A stretch of 60,155 bases of DNA, counting the filler, from Piptocephalis cylindrospora (taxonomy: Eukaryota), in NCBI GenBank assembly GCA_003614145.1. It is 7 parts of 7 records of this genome, joined end to end, with 100 filler letters (N's around TTAATTAATTAA, not from the genome) between each part and the next. Parts side by side here need not be neighbours in the genome. Positions count along the whole stretch, not along the records: positions 8,651 to 17,190 come from KZ988141.1; positions 17,291 to 25,827 come from KZ988142.1; 5 more parts are not named here. One strand, given 5' to 3'. Each line of letters starts with the position of its first letter. Position 1 is the stretch's first letter. This document shows positions 10,379-23,427 of this stretch, piece after piece. The notes under the pieces are model-generated. The model saw only the letters and a program-made list of their open reading frames with translations. It was not told the DNA's origin and did not search any database. A program made the position numbers and the translations under genes.

Positions 10379-13300
10379 TCAACTGGTCCGAGAAGATCTG
10401 GATGATTGGGTCTTGCGATAATAGTCATTAAAGTCTAACCGTAGACTATAGGCGAGAGGGATATGAGTGTGATGGGATACTCATCTCACTCCTCCTTGCA
10501 ACTTACCTCAGTGACTTGAGGGCTGGATCTGGATGATTCCTTAGGGCCTGAATAAAGTGGGTCAGATGAGCCTATCCGTTCCCCCCGAGCCAGTATGAGT
10601 GAGTGCATGAAGGAAATGATATTTTTGTCAGGTGCGACAATCCCCCCCAACCATTTCACTTCTCTAACTTACTCGATAATTCCCCAAAGTCGACTGTATC
10701 CCATCTTCTACCTGTTGAAGCATATCAGGCGGCACGCCCAGCCTTTCATCCTCCCCAGATCGATTTGCACTCCTCTAGCGCCATGGATCCTTGGCATAAG
10801 AACATAGACACATCCCTCACTTCCTCTCCCCTCCCGCTCGGAATTCACATCTTACTCACCTGATCTGACCCTCGAGAAGAAGATGCTTTTCGATGTAGAC
10901 GTGGGCCAAGCCTCCCAGCCTCCCTTGCCCCCAGCTTGTACACTTGTTCCTATTGAGTATTCAATTGATGAGCTTCTACAATGGCCCTAATCCCATATAC
11001 ATAGGATGACTTACGTGCTTCTCGGCAAATTGAAGGATCAGTCGAAAGAGTCCTTCCAGGGCCTGTATCATTGAAGAAGAGGAGGAAGATTGTACTGTAG
11101 GGATAGAATGATCCCAGGAACTATAAGACCCATCCGGCACCGTACCCATCCCCCCTTCGGATCCAGGACCCCTCAGACTCAGACCTTCGGATGGAGTGAT
11201 AAGTGCTTTGGTGGTCATACCTTGAAGGTACCGCGCATGTGCCTCAATCACTTGATCAAGGTCAAGATGCTGCTCCCGGGTACATTGTTTCTTCAGCTCA
11301 TCCCAGGAACATTCAAGTACCTCAAAGAGAAGGTAATACTGCATCTGATACACAAAGTGCACCATTTCACTGCAACCCACATAGCACACGTGCAGGATTC
11401 GTGTAAAGTCTTCCAGACCCCCCAGCCGGTGAACCCCCAGAATCCCCGCCTTCCATCGGACTCCCACCGCATGCTCCACTCGCTTTAGTCTCCAGAGGAA
11501 TTTGAAGAGCCGTCGGTACTCTTCCATGGCCTGTTGTGTCAGAATTGTACTGAGGGGCAACTCCACCCGATAATCCAAGGTAAACACATCCCACCCTACA
11601 TCTCCAGGCGATGTCTATTATGAACAGGTGAGTGCATGGAACAAGAAAAGCTCCTAGCCTAGTCACCTGGTTATCTCTCTCGTATGCCTACCTCAAGAGT
11701 GCGAACATCCAGCCGCCTTTGAATATCCACATGATCGTACTGAACATTAGAGGATCTGATAGCTGTTTCCAGGGTGGACGTAAGATTGTGTCGGAAGAGG
11801 GAGCTAGCCGATTCCGATAGACAATCTCTACACGAGTTCGGAGAGGAGTTAAATTCAATGAAAATTCCAGTCTTCCTCTTCCCTTCAACCCCCATAACGA
11901 CCTACCCGAGCGCATCCATCAAATACTGCACAAAATCTCCTTGACACAAAAGGAGAAAGCGTTTCAGGGCATCTAGATGATCCAAAAGGTGAAATTTGTT
12001 CCTCAAGACATCCATAAGTCGACGGGAGGTGGCGAGGTAGGCGGCATCAATGGACATCTCCAGACCTGGAAGATCGCCGTACTGCAGATGGGAGTGCTCA
12101 GTGATGTTCTCCTTTAGCCACCCACTATCCCCACAAGTATATCGGAGAAAGTTGAGAGATTTTCCAATGGAGATGATCTTGGAGGCCAAGGACTCAGGGA
12201 TAAAGCTGGGAGTCATGGACCGACGGAGGATGTACTTTTGCCGCCACATCAGATCATCGGGCACATCCTGGGTGGTGATGAAGAACTCCCCGTATGGGTC
12301 ATTCAGTTCCCCTTCATAGATCCACTCCTTGAGCATGGTGAAGAAAGGCTTGGAGACGGCATCGAGCATCCGATGGATGAAGCCGCGGATAAACGGATCA
12401 CCGTGCCGAGACATAGCGTACATAATGTTGAGGATATTTCCGCCCTTGAGACCCCTGCATCCCTCGACGCACGCCTCGAGCAGACGAAATCTCTGCAGCG
12501 CCTCCTGAATCCATAGATGGACCCGACGTAGACTAAGCTGCGCTAGACTCTCGACCCGACGGATTCTCCCTTCCAGGACTGCCACGAGACGGTAGTGCGC
12601 GTTCAGTTCTTCATGCAAAGCATGCTCAAAGGCCTGTCGAATGAGGCCTGGGGGCTGAGGAGATCTGGGAGGGGAAGTGGGATCGACTTCCCCTTGCTCC
12701 GGAAAAGGGTCCTTGCCCAGGGACACAGCCCTTAGCCTTCGACACAGGGATCCCAGCTCTCCCAGCTCACGAACCACAGCCCTTACTGATCTGGACATAC
12801 GTATCTATTGGTAAGAGGAGGAGTTAAGTGAAGGGGGGATGACTTGTATAAAAAGAAGATAGGGCTCACATTGTCCACCACTTCGTATGTTTCCGATTCC
12901 TCCTTCCAATGAATAACTTCTCCATCAACGGATTGCAGAATGAACATGACATCGTGGAGTAATTTACCCTCAGTCACATCGTTTACTGTAAGGATCATTG
13001 GAGGTTGGGTCAGTCGCACATCTAGATTACCCAGCTCAGAGAGACCTACAATGATCCCAGATACCCAGGACAGATCGCATCCCTTCCTCACCCTCCCCTT
13101 CCCCTAAAGCCCTTTCCTCCCTGGATTCATCTCTTGGCCCCACCAGATTGGGCCTGGAGGCATCATGAGTGGGAGCAGAGGAGGGGTAAAAGGGATTAAA
13201 AACGTCCTCTTCTTGGCCCATATCCATGGAAACATCTCTTGTCTATGGGTTTATTAGGATATAAATGGTAGTTAGTCAGGAGTGCACTAATACTGCATGA

Positions 13301-13937
13301 TTAAGAGAGTGAACTGACGGAATTCTGATCATTCATGGGCTGAGAAGGAAGGGATGATGGAGCATCTTGGCCTAGAGACCGTAGAAACTCAATAACCGCT
13401 GGTTTTTGATAAGGAATAGTCTAATGGAGCATGGTGAGAGGGGCGATGTGTACAAATTTTACACCCTCCTTCTATGATGGACACTCACCTTAACGGAGAG
13501 ATCGGATAAGAGCAAGCTTAATCGGACAGACCCATCCATTGGAACGAGCCTTTTCCTATGGACTGCAAATTTAAAATGAGGATAAGATGTTACTTGCGCG
13601 ACAGAGAAATATGTAAGGTTTAAATTTCAAAGGGCCTACCATGCTTGGTCAGACGGTGACATGCCTCTTCATAGCTTAGGGACATGGGTCGTCGTTGTTC
13701 TGAATGACTAGATTCAGGGAGCAGAGACGGTCAACGTCGATGCTCCCTCTCTGATCACTTTGCCATGAAGCCTTACCCTTGAAAGAGGGAGCAGGCCAGG
13801 GAGTATACTCGGTACTTTCGGTCGTCCAAACCCTCGGCCATGGCCTCCTCCTCCCTTCGTGAACTGACGGGAGGGGGGACAAGAATTGAGTCTGTGAGGA
13901 GACGCAACAGTCTTCGAATGCTCTCGGAAGGAGCCAT
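10379..13937 (-). CDS. SPC98: gamma-tubulin complex component 3 (Spc98/GCP3), multi-exon
   Basis: GRIP-domain motifs HGDPFIR, WIYEGELNDPYGEFFI, IGKSLNFLRYTC, ALKRFLLLCQGDFVQYLMD, GWDVFTLDYRV, YLLFEVLECSW and C-terminal LRLDFNDYY; TGA at 10379-10381. Probable ATG (MAPSESIRRLL) at 13937; small 5' exons are less certain. Confidence 0.92.
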
Positions 13938-14397
13938 TGCGATGGAAAGGGAGGCGAGATGGTAAAGGAAGGGAAGAGAAGACAAGGGAAGAAGGCTTGA
14001 GCGATAGGAGATGCATGGACGCGTTGGAACCCTGTCAACAAAGACGTGTTCCTTGAACACGGAAGAGTGGAGTGTGGGGAACTGTTTATGAATTCAAGTA
14101 CAGGTCCCGACAGAAAGGGTCATGAGTGAATATTAGCGTAGGAGGAGAGCGCCTATACTACCTGACAGGGTATATTGATGAAAATAAGCAAGGAAAACTG
14201 GTGTGATAATACAATCAAGCGATATTAAAAAAAGATGGAAAGGGGGGGGGGGGAATCCTATTACTTGGTAGAAATAGATGAATGGGGGATGAACGTCCCA
14301 ATTTCCCTAGAGCAAGTAGGATCATCCTTTCAGCAAAAAAAGGGGGAGAGGGAGGGGAGGAAGGATAAATAGCAAGAAGGGACACCCTCTGACGGGG

Positions 14398-15993
14398 TCA
14401 GGAGGACTCTGCACGGGAGCGGACGAAACGTGGGAAGGTGTGTTGGTACATGAGGACCTTGATCTCCTGGAGAGAATCATCAAACATATCCAGGGAGAGA
14501 TCCTCCATGGAGAAACGGTCAGCAAGGGCAATGACGACAGAAGAGGTGAGGTTGACCTCGTGCTCGGACCCAGGCTCAATGAAGAGTTCGTAGATGGCAC
14601 GACACTCCCGGGCAATGACGCGATCCAAACGCGCGGGATCCTTTTGACCATGAGGCGCAGCGCGGGCGACACGGGAGGTCAGGCCGGAGACGCGCTCATA
14701 GAAGAGGACGTTCTCGGAGGAGAAATCGCGGATGGAGAAGGCGCGGAAGAGAGCGAGCTGGGAGGGAGAGGCGAGAACCTCTTCAAAGGAGGTCTTGGTC
14801 AGATGAAGGGCCTTGTGGGTGCGCTCTGTACGATAGGACAGGTAGAGGGGCCGGAGGACACAGACGAGGAAAGTGACGGCTTCGGCAATACAGGGCCACA
14901 TTGATGCGGGGAACTTGGTGTCGAGATGAATTTGAAGGTAGGGGACATAGGCAACGATGAGATACCAGATGAAAAAAGCGGCCCAGAGACCGAGACAGAT
15001 GTAAAGCTCGAGTTTGATACCATAATCATCCTTGACACCCTTAAGGGTCCAGAGGAGGAAGGGCATGATGACGGCGATGGCGAAGCCGCAAAAGGCGTAA
15101 AGGGGATAATATTCCCAGCCGAGTTGGCAGTTTCCGCGGGCGATATGGGGGACAACGGCGAATTCTGTAGTGAAGCATTCGACGCCAAAGGTAACGACAA
15201 CGTGGAAGAGAACGATACATCCGACCCATTGAACGAGTTTCCGAGTGGTGAGGAGATGACGGTATCGCATGATCCAGCTATTTTCGGCCCGGATGATCTT
15301 TGCCATGGCTTCTCCACTTGGATCATCGATGTCGGCGTCGAGAAGGGCATGATTGGACGCGGTGACAGGACGATCTAGGGAGTAGCTGGTATCTCCCCTA
15401 GACTTACCGGTAGGGGGAGAGTCAGGGCGGGAGAAGGAAGAGACGAGACCTGGAGTGCCCGGGAGCTCATTCAGAGCATCATTGGGTGAAAGGGAATTGG
15501 AATATTGGGGGGAGGAGACGTAGGGCTTAGAGACTGATGGCCTAGGGGAGGCACTGGAGACGCCGATAGAGCTAGTGTCGATGGAGGAGCGAACGGAGCG
15601 AGCTAGAACCAAGTACTGAGAGTACCGATAGAGAAAGGCGAGTCTGAGGGAACGGGCGGCCAGGAGATAGACGGCGAGGGGCAGGGCAATGGACAGGACC
15701 CAGAGAGAGACAAAGCAGGGGAACTTGAGATATTCTGGCTCCCTACCGAGGAAAACGTTGATGATGATGGCGAGGACGACAACCTGGGCAATGGTGAGGG
15801 GGACCGATCGATGACGAATGGCGGGATTGTGTCTACGACGGTAGAAGAGGTAGGTGAGGACGATGGTGAGAATGTCCCAGACGACCATGATGGACCAGAA
15901 GATCCATTTTTTCCGAGTAATAGCCTCGGGACTCTCGATGAGGAGATTTCCGGCTAGGATACCAGGGGGGAGGCTTGGGATACTATTATCCAT
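14398..15993 (-). CDS. 7-transmembrane protein with C-terminal RGS domain (7TM-RGS, GprK/AtRGS1-like architecture), single exon
   Basis: Seven hydrophobic helices, with a long Ser-rich loop after TM3; RGS signature SFEEVL..FRAFSIRDFSSENVLFY..AIYELFIEPGSEHEVNL..MFD..LMYQHTFPRF. First ATG at 15993. Confidence 0.9.
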   Translation of the reverse strand: MDNSIPSLPPGILAGNLLIESPEAITRKKWIFWSIMVVWDILTIVLTYLFYRRRHNPAIRHRSVPLTIAQVVVLAIIINVFLGREPEYLKFPCFVSLWVLSIALPLAVYLLAARSLRLAFLYRYSQYLVLARSVRSSIDTSSIGVSSASPRPSVSKPYVSSPQYSNSLSPNDALNELPGTPGLVSSFSRPDSPPTGKSRGDTSYSLDRPVTASNHALLDADIDDPSGEAMAKIIRAENSWIMRYRHLLTTRKLVQWVGCIVLFHVVVTFGVECFTTEFAVVPHIARGNCQLGWEYYPLYAFCGFAIAVIMPFLLWTLKGVKDDYGIKLELYICLGLWAAFFIWYLIVAYVPYLQIHLDTKFPASMWPCIAEAVTFLVCVLRPLYLSYRTERTHKALHLTKTSFEEVLASPSQLALFRAFSIRDFSSENVLFYERVSGLTSRVARAAPHGQKDPARLDRVIARECRAIYELFIEPGSEHEVNLTSSVVIALADRFSMEDLSLDMFDDSLQEIKVLMYQHTFPRFVRSRAESS

Positions 15994-17190
15994 GCTTCCG
16001 TGGAAGGGAGGGAGGGATGGGGGATAGAATGGATATCGAGAGGGAAAGGAAAGCGAGAAGCAGAGGGGCAAAGACAAGAAAAGGGAAGACACGGTGCAAG
16101 TAATGCAGCTGGCGAGGAAGGAAGGGGAGGATGGTCGGGTAAGAGAAAAAAATTATAGAGAAGGAACTAGGAAGAGTCGGGTTGGTACGTTGGAGAAGGC
16201 GATGGTGGGGGTAGGGGGTGGCGGTGGCGGTAATGGAGAAGAGGAGGGAGGAAGGAAGGGGAAAAGGACACGACTGGCGCAAAACGGGGAATGGTCAAGA
16301 GAAGAACGGAGGAGAGAAAGGGGCAGATGGAAAGGACGAGTTCAACGCAGCTGAACCAGCAGAACGGGGAGATTTGAAGAAGAGCCGACGACGGACAATG
16401 AAGGACTGGGGGTTGGAAGGAGGGAAGAGGGAGGAAGGGCGGGGAGAGAGAGAACAGGGACAGGAAGCAAGGTATAGCCAAGGAGAGCTGGCGTCAGCTG
16501 GATTCCCATAGAAATTGAAAGACCGAACGAGGGAGAGGAATGGGGATGAGGAAGGGGAGGGATGCGGCGCGGCGCGACTTTAGATATGATCGGAGCTTGA
16601 ACAGATGAGAGGTGAAGAAGGTTCGGAGGCTGAAATTGGCCTGTTAGATTCGGGAGTCGCCTCGCACAAGATATCAGTGGATGAGTTTGATTGATGGAGA
16701 GGGGAGAGAGTGGCTTTTAGTAGTAGTGTGAGTGGGGTAAAAGGAGAGAGAGGCATGACACTGAAGCAACCGTAGCGGTGGGTTCAGATGGGGTCTGGTC
16801 CCACATGACCTGAGTCGGTTGAAGAGGAGAGTGAATTGTATGCCGATAGATGCATATAGGCATACATACACACCAATGTACATGGACACCCACACCCACA
16901 TGAAGGACACACACACAGCCACATCAAGAGAATCAGTCAATAGATGTGCAGATGACTGGGAGATACAGTGTGCATAGACAGAGGTGAGACAGGACCCAAA
17001 ATGAATGGGAGGAGAACCCAGATGGAATGGGATCATCACAATGCGGTAAGAAAAAGGGGGTTTCAATAAGGAAATACAATATGAAGTGGGAAATGGAGAG
17101 ACTCTGCCCCACTATCCTCTCTGAATACCACTGGTTGAGCGGAGTGAATGATCCAGGTCATCAAGCTTTATTAGAATGATCAAACCGTAG

Positions 17191-17290
17191 NNNNNNNNNN
17201 NNNNNNNNNNNNNNNNNNNNNNNNNNNNNNNNNNTTAATTAATTAANNNNNNNNNNNNNNNNNNNNNNNNNNNNNNNNNNNNNNNNNNNN
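17191..17290. other. artificial contig-joining spacer
   Basis: N44-TTAATTAATTAA-N44. Confidence 0.98.
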
Positions 17291-17580
17291 CAGGGAAAGC
17301 CCCTCCAGCATGCAAATGACAAGGTTACTGCAGGATTATTGTGCCCACCGGAGACCCCACCATTGATATAAACACTCATCATGATGGCCAAGCCCCAGTA
17401 TAGACATGCAAGGTCAATAGGGAAACCGCCCGTCGGAACCTGATAGGCAAAGGCAATAGATCCCCCAGAACCGAGCAGGATGAAAACGAGAGATCCAAGA
17501 AACTCGGCCAGGTGCTCTCGATATTCCATGCGTACATTCAGTAGATGATCTAAAAAATGAATTTTTCCTAGGCCTTTCAT
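17291..17580 (-). CDS. aquaglyceroporin (MIP family), 3'-truncated by contig end
   Basis: REHLAEFLGSLVFILLGSG and GGVSGGHNNPAVTLSFACWRGFP (first NPA box, GlpF-type context). Confidence 0.9.
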
Positions 17581-19639
17581 CAGAGACCGAATGCGCCCCC
17601 AGAGGGTGACATGGCCATGGGGTAGAGAATCCTTGTAGATGGCATAGGGAAAAGTGACAACTGATTCGGCCTCGCTGACCTAATTTTCATTTGAATTTTT
17701 TCTTTTCATAGTATTGGCAGTGTTTTCCAGCTCGTTCATTGAAGCAATGCAAGATGGGTGGTATACTTGGATGGAAGGGTAAAGAAAGGAAGAGGGAGAA
17801 ATTCAAAGCTGCCTTGACTTGCGGATCGAGTTAAAGAACGGGTTTTTAGGCAGTGACCTCAGGATGAAAAACTGTATGGGACAATGATGGAAATGGCAAG
17901 GAAATTGCTATTTTGAACACGTATTTGATAGCGTGGGATGAAGATGAAGGTAGTTTCAAGACGAGAGTTAATGATGGGGATAAGGACATGGGGTATTATA
18001 TAGGTATTCTCATGAAAGCGGATAGAAGGAGCATTCCCAGTATTCTTACTAGGACATGCTCTTATGGAATACCATCCCCTCTTTCCCCTACTCATTTGCA
18101 TAACAATCGTTGCAATAGGTTTCCTCACTAGAATAACCCCATGAAGTAATGAAGTATGTTGGCAGAGGAAGGTTCACAGAAAATTGTGGGGGATGTGACG
18201 ACTTTTCCCCGCATTCTCATATTCAGAGCGCGTTGGTCCTACTGACCCGGGAATTCCCCGCCCTAGAATCCATGCATCAGCTTAAAACCCATTCACGCTT
18301 CGGGCCAGCCGAATGAGTAGATGATGGGCCTGCAGTACCCTGGGAACCGGTCCTTTCCCTTCATGGGTCTATAAGAATATATTCAATGTTCCACTCGAAT
18401 ACTCTTTTCCCTATCCCCACTTGTCCCAGGAGCGCTCAGGCATTGGTTCGCGGAATCTTTGGCCCGTCTGCTCAGCCTGCAAGAGTTAGAGTGGCTCTGA
18501 TATTGGGAGAGCCCCACATATATAATGTGCTCCTTGAATTTAAACCAATGAGCAGGCCGTCAGTAGCTTGTGCAACTCTTGCATCCCCCACACTCACATT
18601 CCCCACATAGTAGACGAGGATAATTGACTATGTCTGTGCACATGTCTGTTCTCATTTCATATTATAACCCATATCAGGCATCACCTGAAGCCTGAGCGCG
18701 GGGAGTGCTGCATCAGGGAGACTATGCGAACGCCTGAGGAAGTAGGAAATATGAGAAAGAGTTTACGATTCGCGTAGCCACTAGCCCATAGCCTCAAGGC
18801 CCCTTTAGGATAGTTAGATACCCAGCATAGGCCGGATACCCCACATGATTATCGCGTGTCCTAAAAAATGCACTTGTATATCGGGCCGTCGGCCCGAGAG
18901 ATCTAAGAAACCGTCCATTCTATTGGGCTCGAATACTAGAATGGGGAGGGGCGTATTGGCCTAACGGTGAGGATGGGCTGGATGGTACGGACTATGGGGA
19001 AACGCGGGTGAGGACGGTGAATCAAGGAGCAGCATAGAAAATGGTGTAAAGTCATCTTCCTTCTAGTGCCCATCTGATTACGTTGTCCGCTTATTCCCCG
19101 CCAACTTATGCAGTCTTATTCTACTACAAAGACCCTGGCCTCAAGGATGCTCTATTTGGATGGCAGTACGGGATGCTTTGATGGGATAAGTTATGGGAAG
19201 GCAGCGTGAGGGTTCAACATCCGCAGAGATTTCACCTAAGTATCCGTACTTGCTATGAAGGGAGAGATGCTCTATCAATATGCTAGATGAGCGCAATTAT
19301 CACCCGTTTATTCAGATTATCCTAAGAAAGTGCTTACGATGGCCCCCAATCGTATCGATTTGTCCATATACAAATGTAGTCCAACTTTACTAGCCACTTT
19401 TGGTACTCCAGCAATCATTAGCTTAACATATCTCATCTTTCATCCCATTACTTAGATAATCCTTTTATGCTACCTGCACATACATATAATGCACCTTTCA
19501 TTCATCATGAAGGGGAAAGCCATGTATTTTTGGGGCCTCCACACTAGGTTAACTACTGCAGACTTCTCAGAAAATTTTACCTTTCGGCGAGAAGGGCATA
19601 AGACCCAAATACTACCGCTTCTCCAGGGAATCTTGAATT

Positions 19640-19733
19640 CATCATACGAGGATGTAATAGTAATAGCAAATAGCGAAATGCATCATACGAGAATAGTAGT
19701 AGTAAACAGCGAAATGTTGCATTATACGAGAAT
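19640..19733. repeat. degenerate ~40-bp tandem repeat (2.3 units)
   Basis: CATYATACGAG at 19640, 19681 and 19720, with shared AATAGTARTAGYAAAYAGCGAAATG between them. Confidence 0.65.
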
Positions 19734-20276
19734 GCCCACGCTCATTTCCTACAAATGAATATTTTTATGTTGAAATGTTTACTATTTTATGGGGAATCGC
19801 CCAAAGGACAGCCTATAAATGAATATGACCAAAAATTACAAAAACTGCCGAAAAACACATTCCGAAAAAAGGCAATGTTGACATTTTCCTCCGTTCAGGC
19901 GAACAGTACTCTAGAATTGACCAGTTCATGTCCATCCGCTCATACGCACTTGGGGCCAACGGTCTCTTCACTGTGTGTATGTGTGTGCGGCAGCGGTGTG
20001 ATCCCTTCCACGCCATCCATCCTCCTTTCCTCTCCTCCCATCCACCGCCCCACTCCACGTTCTCCTCTCTTTCTCTCCTTCCTTCACTCTTTCCCAACTC
20101 CACCTTCCCTCTGTCCTCATCTCCCTGTCTCCTTGGCCACAGCCACAACAACAGCACATCCTTCGTTGGCTCACTCGTCTTGTTGTCGCCACCCTTACCC
20201 TCTTTACCTTGTCTCCTCCCTGGAAGGAAGGCCCCGTTTTTCCTTACCACCCTCATCTCCCCTACCTCACTATAGC

Positions 20277-23005
20277 ATGGACCCGCACCGCGAGGATCCT
20301 GCTCCTTCTTCAGAGGCCAAGAGGCCACGCTTGATGGAGGACGTGGAGATGGCCGAGGCGGCCACAACATCCCCTCAGCCCTCCACAGCGATTGAATCTT
20401 CCTCTATCCCTGCCCCCTCTGTCCCCACTACTTCGGCATCCCTTCCTGATCCGGCTCCTGTGGTCACAGCCGAGCCGATGGCCTCCGCTCTGCCCACTGA
20501 GCTACCTCCCTCCACCCCTTTGTCCGCACAGCCCGTGTCCTCCACAGCTGCTACAGCCGCTATTACTGCTACTGTTGCCGGTGTACCCACTGATCCCACT
20601 ACCACTGTTATGGCCCCCGTGGATCGATTGGAAGAGCAGTCTTCGGAGACTGCTTCTATGGCTCAACCCAGCCAGGAACAGTCCAGTCCCCCTGTATCCC
20701 AAGACACGGAGACCACTGAGGATATGAGCAAGGTCAAGGTGGAGCAGGGAGAGGAGGAGGGGGAGGAGGAGGATAAGGGACAAACGACTAAGGAAGGTGG
20801 CGAGGGATTAGGACTAGAAGGTCCTAGTATGGATGAGCCTAATGCCACTCCGGTATCTATCCCAGAGAATAGGAATAGGGCAGAGTATCATCCTGTAGCC
20901 AACAGTACATCCCTGCAAAATCTCCCTCCCTCCACTTCCATCTCGGCCTCGGCTCCTACTACATCAGAGGAGGGGCAGACACTACCATCAGATGAAAAGA
21001 AGGAGGATGGGAGCAAGGAACAGGATAAGATGGATCCCGGTACGGATGGAGAGGCTGAGGCCCAAGGCAATCTCCCCTCGGCTGCAGATGACACTCCCAT
21101 GCCTGATCAACCTGGGGATCAATCAGAGTCAGCGACTCTTGAGCAGGCCAAGGAGCATCTAGCTAAGCAATCCCAAGAGGTCATTATTCCCTCGTACGCC
21201 GCATGGTTTGATTTGTCGGGCGTTCATGAGAATGAACGGAACGCTCTACCCGAGTTCTTTAATGGTCGGAGCAGGAGTAAGACCCCGACTGTGTATGTGG
21301 AGTATCGGGATTTTATGATCAACACCTACAGACTTGCTCCTTCAGAGTACCTCACTGTGACGGCCTGTCGTCGCAATCTGGCCGGAGATGTGTGTGCTAT
21401 CATCCGTGTGCATGCTTTCCTTGAGCAATGGGGCTTGATTAACTATCAGGTATGTGATTTGTCCCGTTATACTAACGTGTTTTTCACACATATAATGTAC
21501 GGACGATGCGTGTGATGCCAGGACCACTTACTTTCCTTTCCTCTTCTACTCCTTGACCGTAACGATAGGTCGATGCCGATTCCAGGCCGTCCAATGTAGC
21601 TCCTCCATTTACTGGGCATTTTAGAGTTAGTGTCGATACTCCTCGGGGCATTCAACCCTACCTCCCTGCCGCCTCCTCCTCTACCCAGGTCCCTCTACCT
21701 TCCACCACCTCTGGGCCCGCCACCTCCACTGCCCCCGCAGCATCCGCTGCCTCCGCTACCACAACCACCTCGACCAAGACTGATGCTGCTCCCAACTTGG
21801 ACCTACGAAAGCCCCTTTATACGTCAGATGGAGTACCAGAGGGACTGGTGGTGGAGGAAAGTAAGGGGAATAAGATTCCTCAGGCCCCCATCAAACCCGA
21901 CCACTACCACTGTCACACATGTGGTGTGGAGTGCAGCCGAGTTCGATACCATAATCTCAAGCATCGGGGCGTCTCCTTGTGTCCATCATGCTACGTTGAT
22001 GGTCGCTTCCCTTTTTCCTTTTCCTCAGCCGACTTTCTCCGCGTTCAAGGACCGCCCCCCACCTCATCCGCCGGAGCGGTTAGCGATGAGGAGGAGATCA
22101 AGCCCTGGGCCGAGGCCGAGACTCTGAGGCTTTTGGAGGGTATTGAGATGTTTGACGAGGACTGGAACAAAGTAGCCGCCCATGTGGGTACACGATCCCG
22201 GGAGGCCTGCGTCCTTCACTTTCTCAGGATACCCATTGAGGAGCCTTACCTAGGCGCTAGTGAGGCTGAACTTGGGCCCTTGCAGTATGCTCGTATGCCC
22301 TTTTCCCAGGCGGATAATCCCGTCCTGAGTGTTGTGGCCTTTCTGGCCAGCGTGGTCAACCCTGGGGTGGCCAGTGCGGCTGCTAAGGCGGCACTAGGAT
22401 CCCTGGTGGATCCTGAAGAGATGAGGATGGGGAAAGGAAAGGTCCTTGAAGGTGAGGAGGAGAAGGGGGAGGGGGAAGCAGGGACTAAGGGAAAGGCAGA
22501 CAAGGCTGTTTCAGAAGACAAAGACAAGGATGGGGATGCCACTATGGAGAATCAACCCGCATCCAAGGATAAAGACGCCTCCCTTCCCGAATCCAGGCTT
22601 CAGGAGGCTGCCGCAACTGCGCTAGCTTCGGCAGCGGCCAAGGCCAAGGCCATGGCCTCGTATGAGGAGAGAGAGGTGCGTCGGCTAGTTGATACGTTGA
22701 TCGAAGCTCAAGTTCGGAAATTGGAGCTGAAAATGAGACAGTTTGAGGAGCTTGAAGAATCCCTTGAACGGCAACGAGCTCTCCTCGAGTACCAGAGAGA
22801 GGCTTTGGTTAAGGAGAAACTAGAATGGCGACGAAAGGAGGTGGAGCGAATGGAGGACCGTCGGGAGGAAGCCATGGAGGCCCCAGTTCTTCCAAGTGCC
22901 CCTGCTCCTCCCACCCAACAACTGGAGCAGAACCCCCCCTCCGCTTCCTTGCCGGTTACTACCAATGCTGTGACCACCGAGGCTCCCATTGACATGGAGG
23001 AGTAA
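20277..23005 (+). CDS. SWI/SNF-RSC complex subunit Swi3/Rsc8/Ssr2 (SWIRM, ZZ-like finger, SANT, coiled coil), 2 exons
   Basis: [54 protein letters not shown]; intron 21450-21568; [54 protein letters not shown]. Confidence 0.95.
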
Positions 23006-23427
23006 TGGGTTTCGGAGGCTTTTGAAGGGTAAAAAGCGATGAGGCTGGATGGTCCTTGATGGGATGAATGAATTATGTGCATGGGGGGGGAAGTGCAGGA
23101 TAAGTGGAATGAATGTTGTTTGCCCTTTTTTTCATCCATCCTCGTTTTATCATTAATGGCGATCAGAAAGTGCACATTATTATCATGTGGGCCACCATTG
23201 AACAAAGGGATTGCAGCATCTACAGTTTCATTTGTACAGCGTTCATCCCACGTGGAATATAGTCGCTATGTAAGGGCAGCATTGAGATTCCCCCTCTGAT
23301 CACACTCTTATGTTTTCTTTTCTCCGCCAAAAGTACATTTGCAAACTATCCCCTCTGAATCATCCACCTTGAGCATGGTATAGGACATGAAAAGTATATA
23401 TGATATTAAGGAAGCTCAGACGAACCA

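Noticed and set aside
19640..19733. CRISPR-like repeat-spacer array
   Set aside because: Only three 11-bp cores, the spacers are homologous to each other, no cas genes, and the context is eukaryotic.
19755..20276. 174-codon N-terminal extension of the SWI3/RSC8 ORF
   Set aside because: Translates a CT-rich promoter/leader and a TG microsatellite; ATG 20277 is the plausible start.
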